Below the pieces are notes generated by a model. The model worked only from the letters and a program-made list of their open reading frames with translations. It was not told the DNA's origin and did not search any database. The translations under genes and the position numbers were made by a program. A stretch of DNA of 59,213 bases from a virus (taxonomy: Duplodnaviria > Caudoviricetes). Location: positions 1 to 59,213 of the IMG/VR virus record IMGVR_UViG_3300012894_000001; one strand, 5' to 3'. Below, piece by piece: positions 52,711-59,213 of this stretch (position 1 is its first letter; the number at the start of each line of letters is the position of its first letter).

Positions 52711-53507
52711 GAGGCCACCCGCTGTTCGCTCAGGTGGCGACCGTAGCCCTGCATGTGCGGTGAGGTTCGGGAGGCCAGCCAGTCCAGCAGGGCGGGCAGT
52801 GGCCAGTAATACCCACCGTGTTGGGTCTGACGGGCGGGCGCGTCCGGGTTGCGCTGTGCCCAGGCGTTGACCGAGGTTGGGTTCAGGCCCAGCGCTTCGG
52901 CGATCTCGCGGCTGGTCAGGCTGCCGCGCGGCGTCGTGAGCGGCTGCACCGGCAGGTTGGCGGCAATGGGGTGGACGGTGTACGGGTCGTACCGGTAGAC
53001 GTTGCCAGACGCGCCCAGGACCCGCGCACGGCGAATGCTGGCGTAGGGTTCCACGCCCGCCTTGCGCTGCTTTCTGACCGTCTCAGTGCTGACGTGCAGT
53101 GCGCGGGCGACCTGCTCGATGGTCCACCAGCCTTTCGAGGTCTGGACGTCGATGTGCCCGGCATAATGATCGCGCAGGAGCTGGGCGTCCTGGCTGGTGA
53201 GCATCATGTGCCGGCCGTAAGTGGTGGCGGGGATGCCCAGGGCAACGATGGCTTTGCGCAGGTTGGCCGGGTCGATCCTGAGTTCGGCGGCCAGCACGAT
53301 GCTGCGGATCATGCGTTCGGTCTGGGCGTACTCTTCTGGCGCTCGCATGTGGTAGTGGACGGCGTGGGGCGGCAGGTCGAGTTGCTGGGCGATCTGCGGC
53401 AGTGTCAGGCCCTGTAGGCGCATCTTGTGGATCCGGCGGGCGAGTTTGGGTCCGTCGATCCTGCCGTCCGGGTGACGGGCAACCTTCCGAGGCGGATCCC
53501 CGCTCAC
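52707..53507 (-). CDS. Multi-HTH DNA-binding protein
   Basis: GLTLPQIAQQL, WTIEQVARALHVSTETV and LTSREIAEALGLNPTSVNAW HTH segments. Confidence 0.75.
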   Translation of the reverse strand: MSGDPPRKVARHPDGRIDGPKLARRIHKMRLQGLTLPQIAQQLDLPPHAVHYHMRAPEEYAQTERMIRSIVLAAELRIDPANLRKAIVALGIPATTYGRHMMLTSQDAQLLRDHYAGHIDVQTSKGWWTIEQVARALHVSTETVRKQRKAGVEPYASIRRARVLGASGNVYRYDPYTVHPIAANLPVQPLTTPRGSLTSREIAEALGLNPTSVNAWAQRNPDAPARQTQHGGYYWPLPALLDWLASRTSPHMQGYGRHLSEQRVAS

Positions 53508-53673
53508 CGGCCCACCGCCCGCACCCGCTGCTTCCCGCCGATGCCGGGCAGCGTCTGCCGCTCGACCTTCCGCAGGGCCTTCTCGGCGGTGTTCGTGGCG
53601 CGCCGCTCGATGCACTTCTCGCCCCCGCACACCCGGCCGTGAGACGGGCTCCGGCCCCCGCAGTGGCGGCAGC

Positions 53674-54114
53674 TCACGCGGGCACCGGACGGAAGACGAT
53701 CACAGCGCACGGGAACGGGGCGTTCTCGGTGGCCGCGCCGAACTTCAGCCGGCCCGGCACGAACCGAACCGAGGCCAGCGGGTTCGGGAAGATGTACTGA
53801 TGCCACGCTCTGGTGTCTGTCCGGGCCGGAATGAGCATGACCACGACCGCGCCCTGCTCGGCTTCCTCGGCAGCCTTCTGAATCCACCTGCCGATCTGGC
53901 GACCGTACGGCGGGTTCACCCACACCACCTCGCTCTGCCAGTCCTGCGAGAGCCCGTCGCTTTCCTCGGTGTAGAAGCGGGGGCACAGGGCGTTCTCCGG
54001 GCTCGCGGCGGCGTCGAGGGTGAAGTGGAACTCGTCGTCGAGCGCCTGCCAGAAGTCGCGTGGCGTCGTCCAGTCCATCTTCTCGCTGCTGTAGTGCACG
54101 GCCATCGCGTTCAT
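53674..54114 (-). CDS. Phage DNA N6-adenine methyltransferase (short Dam-type family)
   Basis: WTTP..FTLDAAAS..DGL..VWVNPPY..LIPARTDT..GRLKF..APFP. Confidence 0.92.
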   Translation of the reverse strand: MNAMAVHYSSEKMDWTTPRDFWQALDDEFHFTLDAAASPENALCPRFYTEESDGLSQDWQSEVVWVNPPYGRQIGRWIQKAAEEAEQGAVVVMLIPARTDTRAWHQYIFPNPLASVRFVPGRLKFGAATENAPFPCAVIVFRPVPA

Positions 54115-54341
54115 GCCGGCACCTTCCCGGTGGCCGCCGCGTAGGCGTCTCCCGCCTTCTCCCAGGCCGCCTCCCACTGGTCTCGCCACGTCAGCCCCTC
54201 GACGGGCGCAGGCTTGTTCAGCAGGCCTCCCAGGGCTGCGGTGAGGCTCTCCAGTTCCCCGGCCGCTTCCATCACCTCACGGGCGGCGTCCGGTTCTAAG
54301 CCCTGGGCGATGTTGCGCAGGGCGGTCGCTCGGCCCGCCAT
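54111..54341 (-). CDS. Hypothetical protein
   Basis: TGATG and ATGA coupling. Confidence 0.6.
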   Translation of the reverse strand: MAGRATALRNIAQGLEPDAAREVMEAAGELESLTAALGGLLNKPAPVEGLTWRDQWEAAWEKAGDAYAAATGKVPA

Positions 54342-54640
54342 CAGCCGACCACGATCCGCACGTAGCGGGTGAGCTTGAAGCCGCGCCACCAGGGGAAGGA
54401 GATGTAGGTCTCGTCACTGACCTCCCGGCCGGCCTGGAAGTGCCCGACGACGATCCGCCGGCGCATGTCGTCGATGTGTTCACCTTTCCATTTGCCGCGC
54501 AGGATGTGGCCGTTCTCGTCGTAGTGCAGGTCGATGACCTCGCGGCTGAGGATCTTGGCTTGCTCGTCGTCTTCGTAGCTGTCGAGCGTGAGGTTCGGGT
54601 ACTCGATGGGGTTCATTTCCATCTCCAGGGCAGCAGGCAC
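54341..54640 (-). CDS. Hypothetical protein
   Basis: Codon bias; coupled to the next gene. Confidence 0.65.
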   Translation of the reverse strand: MPAALEMEMNPIEYPNLTLDSYEDDEQAKILSREVIDLHYDENGHILRGKWKGEHIDDMRRRIVVGHFQAGREVSDETYISFPWWRGFKLTRYVRIVVG

Positions 54641-54702
54641 CCCGCCTGGGCGCGTGCCGGGGCGGGGGTGAGGAGGGAGAGGTGGGTTGTAGGGGGAGGG
54701 GG

Positions 54703-55752
54703 CTAGAAGAGCACACCCTGCTGGGTCAGGTCAGGGCGGAGGCAGTGCGGGCTGAACATGATGACCTCACGGTGGCCGTTGTGGCTCCCGTCATCGTTGG
54801 TCGACTGGTAGCCCTTCCGGGCCTTCCAAGGGACAGCGACCCACCCGGCGGCTTCCAGTTCAGGCGCGTCGCCATACGAGCAATACGCGATCCGGAGCTG
54901 TGGGTTTCGGCCGTTCTCCAGCGCCCAACTTCGGACGTCGGCGGCCACGGTGCCGCTGTACTCGCTGCCATACACGTCGTTATCGGCGCTCTCGGCGGCG
55001 TAAGGCGGGTCGAGCAGAATGGCGGTCAGGCCGTGCTTCGTGGTGACGCTCTCGCCGAGTACCCGCGTCCAGTCACCGCAGCAAATGCGCGTGCGGCGCA
55101 GGCGGGTGCTGAGGGCATTCATCCAGTCGTAGAGCGCAGGATTGTCGAGCGTCGTCTGGCAGACGCCGACCGGGGCGTTCTTCAAATAAGGGATTTGGCG
55201 ACTCACCCCGACTTCCGGCGGCCCGGGGTTTACACCAGCGGAGGCGCTGCACAGTCTCGGCAGCTTCCGGCGCACCCCCGCACCCTCGCGCTTGACGAGC
55301 AGGCCATCCTGGGCCACCCAGGGACCCTCACCGCTGCACCAACCGGAGCCGATCCAGTTGCAAGCGCCCCAGATCCAAAAACCTGCCAGTCGGGCATCGA
55401 AGTAATCCGGGTCAGCCATCAGGCGCTCTGTCAGGTTCTCGCGGGCGTTGACTAGGTGCAGGTGCCGGGCGGTCAGATCGACCTCGACCACCGGCTGGTC
55501 GGCGTAGAAGGCCACGGCGTCCGGGTCGAGGCGGATGGCCCGCCAGGCGTTACTTAGCAGACCGTCGAGGTCGTTCACCGTCTCGGTCTTGGGCGCGTGG
55601 GGCCGGGCCAGCAGGACGGCGAGGCTGCCGGCGAAGGGTTCGACGAAGTTAGCAGGGTCCCCGAATCGAGGCCAGATGAGTTCGGCAGCGCCTCGCTTAG
55701 AGCCGAAGTAGGGGAAGGGCGCCCGCAGTGGGGCTCGGGTGTGGGCGGTCAT
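54703..55752 (-). CDS. D12-class N6-adenine DNA methyltransferase
   Basis: PFPYFGSK, FVEPFAGSLAV, ETVNDLD and LDPPY motifs. Confidence 0.92.
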   Translation of the reverse strand: MTAHTRAPLRAPFPYFGSKRGAAELIWPRFGDPANFVEPFAGSLAVLLARPHAPKTETVNDLDGLLSNAWRAIRLDPDAVAFYADQPVVEVDLTARHLHLVNARENLTERLMADPDYFDARLAGFWIWGACNWIGSGWCSGEGPWVAQDGLLVKREGAGVRRKLPRLCSASAGVNPGPPEVGVSRQIPYLKNAPVGVCQTTLDNPALYDWMNALSTRLRRTRICCGDWTRVLGESVTTKHGLTAILLDPPYAAESADNDVYGSEYSGTVAADVRSWALENGRNPQLRIAYCSYGDAPELEAAGWVAVPWKARKGYQSTNDDGSHNGHREVIMFSPHCLRPDLTQQGVLF

Positions 55753-55965
55753 GCGCCTCCAATGGGCAAGGGCGCACCCCAGCGAGGGCCGGGGCGGGAG
55801 CGGGGGATAGCGTCACAAATTGAGACGCTATGAAATTTGGAGGAGGTGGGGATTTTAAACACACCGAATTCGAGGGGTTTAGAACAGGTAGGCGAGGCTT
55901 ACACGTTGCCCAGGGGGAAGGGGAGGCCTCGGTATAAAATAGGTGTTCCGCTTCCCTTCCCTGGC

Positions 55966-56826
55966 TCAGTCGGCGGCGATCTGGTGCCGCTCGCTGGCCC
56001 GCTGCGCCGCTCGTTCCTTGATCCTGGCGTGCAGGCTCTTCGTCTGCGGGCGCTCGATCAGCTCACGGTAGTTCGGCCCGTTGAAGATCACCACCGCGCC
56101 GTTGTTCCAGAGGCGCTCGAAAGCACGGCGTCCCAGCTGCGCTTCGAGTTCCTCGCGGCTGAGGTTGCTGGTCAGGATGGTCGGCCGCCCGGCGTCGTAG
56201 CGCTCGTCGATCACCGAGGTCAGCAGCCGCTCGTTGTGGTCCGACTGCTTGTCGGCCGCGCCCACATCGTCCAGCAGGATCAGGTCCGGAGCGGCCAGCC
56301 CGGTGATCATGTCGTCCTCGGTCGGGCCCTCCTTGCTGCCGTAGGTGGAGCGCACGCGGCGGGTGAACTTGCCCCACTTCACCCGCGCCACGGTGTGCCC
56401 GGCCTCGGCGGCGTGCGCCAGGATCATCGTGGCCGCCTGCGTCTTGCCCCGCCCGTAGTCGCCCACAAAGATCAGCCCGCTGTTCTCGCGCACCATCTCA
56501 GCGGCGCTCAGGGCGTACTCGTGCGCCAGCTGCCAGCTCTCGTGGCTCAGGTCGATCTCGCTCCAGTTGGCGGCGTAGATCGTGCCGGCCACCCCGGCCT
56601 CTTCCAGCGCCTTCTGGCCCACGGTGCGGCGGTGACGCTCGGCGCAGGTGGGGCAGGGGCGGGCCACGGCGGCCTGTCCTGGGGTGAAGCTGACGTACAC
56701 AGTGCCGCTCTCGCACAGGGGGTTGCTGCAGGTCTGCTTGTCGGCCGGGATGGTGGGCGGCTCCGCGATGACGATCTCACCCGAACGAACCTTCCGGAGC
56801 ACCGCTTCCACGTCGAATTTCGTCAT
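55966..56826 (-). CDS. DnaC/IstB-like AAA+ helicase loader
   Basis: N-terminal Cys pairs, GDYGRGKT Walker A, LILLDDVG Walker B, IDERY..PTILTSNL..ERL. Confidence 0.93.
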   Translation of the reverse strand: MTKFDVEAVLRKVRSGEIVIAEPPTIPADKQTCSNPLCESGTVYVSFTPGQAAVARPCPTCAERHRRTVGQKALEEAGVAGTIYAANWSEIDLSHESWQLAHEYALSAAEMVRENSGLIFVGDYGRGKTQAATMILAHAAEAGHTVARVKWGKFTRRVRSTYGSKEGPTEDDMITGLAAPDLILLDDVGAADKQSDHNERLLTSVIDERYDAGRPTILTSNLSREELEAQLGRRAFERLWNNGAVVIFNGPNYRELIERPQTKSLHARIKERAAQRASERHQIAAD

Positions 56827-56827
56827 C

Positions 56828-57748
56828 TCAGTTCTCCCACGCCGCAGCGCTGTACTTGTCCTCGGGGGCCTGGGTCGCAGGCAGGGCGGGGAGGCCCTTG
56901 CGCTGCGCCTCCTGGTCGAGCAGGTCGCGCAGGCGGGTCGGGGCCTTCACCTTGTGCTCGGTGTGCGTGGCCTGCGCCTCTTTCGCCAGCTCCTGCACCC
57001 GCTCGATGGAGAGGGCGAACCAGTCGCGGCGGCGATTTACACCGAGTGGCTGGATCTCTTCGAGCACCCGGTCAACGAAGGCGTGGCTCAGGGTGCGCCG
57101 CAGGTACTTCTCGGTCGCGCCGACCGCCGCGCCGCCGCCCGGAACCTTTTCAGGGGCTTCGGTTTGGGATGAACTTTCGTTCGCCTTGGGTGCGCCCTGT
57201 TCTGGTTCCTGAAGAGGGGTGGTGGGTTGGGGTTCTGGGTCCTGGGTTGCTGCTGGGATTTCTTCCGGGCTGGGTTCGAGCGCGGGCGCCGCAGGCGCCT
57301 TCTCTCTCTTTTCCATATTTGTTAAATCAGTATTTTTTAAATCAGTATTACTAGTTGCGGGTTTACCGTCAGTGGTTCGACCATCAGTGGTAAACCCGGT
57401 TGTGGTGGAAATTTTACCATGACGGGTTTTCCCCTCTATGGTCGCTGCAGGTTTCCCGTGGATCTCGTCATCCACGATGTAGTCCCAGGTAATGCGCCCT
57501 CGACCACCCCGGCTCTTCTCCCTGACGACATATCCAAGGTCTTCCAACTCTTTCATGGCGCTCTGGTGCGCCTCTTTTCCATCACGGCTTTGTAGCTCCA
57601 GCCAGTCCATGTAAAAGTCCCAGTCTTCGGGCCTGGACATCATCACCGCGAGCAGGCCTTTGGCCTTCAGACTCATGGCTTTGTTCAGGATTGCAGCGTT
57701 GTCGATCTGCGTAAACTCACGCACCTTCTTGCGGCGTCGAATGGCCAT
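56828..57748 (-). CDS. Replication initiator (winged-helix N-terminus)
   Basis: FTQIDNA..MSLKAKGLL..SRPEDW..MKELEDLGYV; upstream of the loader; internal repeats. Confidence 0.85.
   Translation of the reverse strand: MAIRRRKKVREFTQIDNAAILNKAMSLKAKGLLAVMMSRPEDWDFYMDWLELQSRDGKEAHQSAMKELEDLGYVVREKSRGGRGRITWDYIVDDEIHGKPAATIEGKTRHGKISTTTGFTTDGRTTDGKPATSNTDLKNTDLTNMEKREKAPAAPALEPSPEEIPAATQDPEPQPTTPLQEPEQGAPKANESSSQTEAPEKVPGGGAAVGATEKYLRRTLSHAFVDRVLEEIQPLGVNRRRDWFALSIERVQELAKEAQATHTEHKVKAPTRLRDLLDQEAQRKGLPALPATQAPEDKYSAAAWEN
57310..57462. other. Putative replication origin inside the initiator gene
   Basis: AT-rich tract with TTAAATCAGTATT twice (57322, 57337), ACCRTCAGTGGT twice (57365, 57380), inverted repeat CGGGTTTACC/GGTAAACCCG (57358-57398) and further GGTTT(T/C)CC units. 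Confidence 0.7.
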
Positions 57749-57782
57749 CGGATGAACCTCTGCCCGTCTCAACCCCGGTACG

Positions 57783-57910
57783 TTGACCGGGAGCACAGGG
57801 ACGGGTATCCTGTGCATAGGCGTAAGCCTCCGACTCGCCAGTCGGAAAAGCTATGGATTTGTGTGTGTTGCGCAGCCTGTTGACTCCCCAGTCCGGCTGC
57901 GCTTCCCTTT
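57783..57910 (+). ncRNA. Putative counter-transcribed antisense RNA (about 90 nt, with its promoter) over the initiator leader
   Basis: TTGACC-N17-TATCCT promoter (57783-57811), hairpins AGGC-GTAA-GCCT and CCGACT/AGTCGG, terminator-like GCGCAGCC/GGCTGCGC-TTCCCTTT. Confidence 0.65.
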
Positions 57911-57953
57911 GGCCTGATCTCGTGGCCTTCGGGTTAACCGCAGTGTACTAGAT

Positions 57954-58178
57954 TCATGGGGAATTCATCACGTTCGACAGCTCGGCGCATTCAGTGGGGT
58001 AGGTGCTTCCCCAGTGCCCCCGGAACCAGTCAAGTTCGTCGAGCAGCTCAGGGTCGGCCAGGGTCTTGAGGTACGCAGTGCGGGCCTCGCGGGCGCCCTG
58101 GGCAAGGCTGGGCGTGTAACTGGGATCGGTGTGGGTGGTGAGCAAGGTAATCACTGCGGCGCGCTGGGCGGCCGTCAT
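57954..58178 (-). CDS. Hypothetical protein
   Basis: ATGA coupling to the antirepressor gene. Confidence 0.6.
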   Translation of the reverse strand: MTAAQRAAVITLLTTHTDPSYTPSLAQGAREARTAYLKTLADPELLDELDWFRGHWGSTYPTECAELSNVMNSP

Positions 58179-58954
58179 GCCATGTGTGGCTGCACAGGGG
58201 GGCTACTCGGCGTGAGCAAGGCGAGGTGGGCGGTGAGGCGCGTCTGAAGCCAGGCGAGGCCTCGGGTGGTGACGCGGGTGGTGCGGCTGACGTGGATGCC
58301 GTCCGGGGCCGCTTTGGTGTCCACCGTGAAGTAGTGGGCGTCGAGGTACTTCTGATAGGGCACGTTGTGGTTCTCGTTTCCGCTGCGCTTCCGGTCCATC
58401 AGGATGCCGCGCTCCCTGAGCAGGGCGAACAGCTTCGTCTGGCCCAGGCCGAGGTTCAGGATCTTCGCGGTGGCCGAGACGCTGTAGGTGCCGTCGGATT
58501 CCATCAGGGCGTCGAATGCCTCAGCCTTCGGAATCAGGGCCGCGTTCTCCTGCACCAGCCGGTCCTTCTCCTCGATGGTCGAGGCGAGCTGGCGCAGAGC
58601 GTCTGGGTAGGACGGCAGGGCAAGAGGAGCGGGAGGCAGGCCGTAGCTGCCGGTCTTGCGGATGCTGGGAATCACCTCGCTGGTGATCCACTTCCGGAAG
58701 GGTCGGGCTTCGGGCCGGCGGGAACGTAGGATTAGGCTGTAGAGCCCGGACTCATTGATGATGGTGGCCTGTTGGGTTCCGCCAGGGGTGTCCATACTGT
58801 GGACACCCTTCTCGTCTTCGTCCAGCAGGCCCAGGCTGCTGCGGGGATTCCCGAGGCCGAGCACGAAGGTGACATCGGTGGCGATGAACCAGGGCTCACC
58901 GTCGATCATCACCGCCCGGATCGGCGTCAGGTCGAACTTGAAGGACTGCAGCAT
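58175..58954 (-). CDS. BRO-N / KilAC (ANT) antirepressor
   Basis: DGEPWFIATDV, INESGLYSLILRSRRPEARPFRKWITSEVIPSIRKTGSY, PKAEAFD, NVPYQKY and TRVTTRGL motifs. Confidence 0.93.
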   Translation of the reverse strand: MLQSFKFDLTPIRAVMIDGEPWFIATDVTFVLGLGNPRSSLGLLDEDEKGVHSMDTPGGTQQATIINESGLYSLILRSRRPEARPFRKWITSEVIPSIRKTGSYGLPPAPLALPSYPDALRQLASTIEEKDRLVQENAALIPKAEAFDALMESDGTYSVSATAKILNLGLGQTKLFALLRERGILMDRKRSGNENHNVPYQKYLDAHYFTVDTKAAPDGIHVSRTTRVTTRGLAWLQTRLTAHLALLTPSSPPVQPHMA

Positions 58955-58964
58955 GGCCTCTCCC

Positions 58965-59150
58965 TTACAGTGGCTTGCGCGGGAGCAGGGCGGCGGCCTT
59001 GCTGCGCGGCAGGGTGTTGAAGATCGCCCCGCTGGCATAGGCTTTCTTCGGCCAGGGTGCTCGTGCGTCCTGCAGGGCCTCAGCTTGATTCCGGGCGGCG
59101 CGGCGCTGGTCACGGTCAAGGGTGCTTCTCTTCGCTTTCTTCTGTCGCAT
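58965..59150 (-). CDS. Small basic hypothetical protein
   Basis: GAGAGGT SD; stops just before the antirepressor SD. Confidence 0.55.
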   Translation of the reverse strand: MRQKKAKRSTLDRDQRRAARNQAEALQDARAPWPKKAYASGAIFNTLPRSKAAALLPRKPL

Positions 59151-59213
59151 GTCGTACCTCTCGAATGAAGGGGCGGGTTGCTTGATGGTTGGTTGATATA
59201 AGGTGCTTCGGCC
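59091..59213. repeat. Terminal direct repeat, copy 2
   Basis: Identical to 1-123. Confidence 0.97.

Noticed and set aside
55966-56826. IstB-like ATPase as part of an IS21 element
   Set aside because: No IstA transposase or terminal inverted repeats; it follows a phage initiator, the usual context for a helicase loader.
55837-57354. 505-aa plus-strand ORF, and similar long ORFs at 46266-47393, 18836-19819 and 5756-6706
   Set aside because: They lie antisense to well-supported genes; stop-poor shadow frames are expected in high-GC coding DNA and they show no motifs.

Overview
The window looks like one complete, circularly assembled temperate myovirus genome of about 59,090 bp; bases 1-123 recur exactly at 59091-59213. 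The host is probably Deinococcus. This is an inference from a sliding clamp resembling Deinococcus DnaN as I recall it, high GC content and several leaderless promoters. I see no integrase or recombinase. Instead there is a ParA plus small partner locus with 8-bp repeats, a toxin-antitoxin pair, and a replication initiator with an internal origin and an apparent antisense RNA, which points to a phage-plasmid. Layout: cro/cI switch (1.8-3.1 kb); rightward early accessory operon with a phage-encoded beta-clamp (3.2-12 kb); non-coding array of tRNA-like cloverleaves and the partition locus (12-13.6 kb); then on the minus strand lysis, tail fibre, baseplate, tail, head and terminase genes (13.8-49.5 kb), interrupted by a 4.4-kb HNH cassette bounded by 17-bp direct repeats, a TA/lipoprotein moron and an HNH-AP2 gene; then late control, two adenine methylases, a DnaC-like loader, the initiator and an antirepressor (49.9-59.1 kb). 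The most unusual signals are (i) tRNA-shaped RNAs with intact elbows but non-canonical anticodon arms, whose promoter overlaps the partition repeats, (ii) a papain/C39-like protease at the prohead-protease position together with related hydrophobic leaders on scaffold and capsid, (iii) four CAAGG-loop hairpins in the scaffold leader, and (iv) a +1-type tail chaperone frameshift. All product calls come from motif recognition and gene order; no searches were run.
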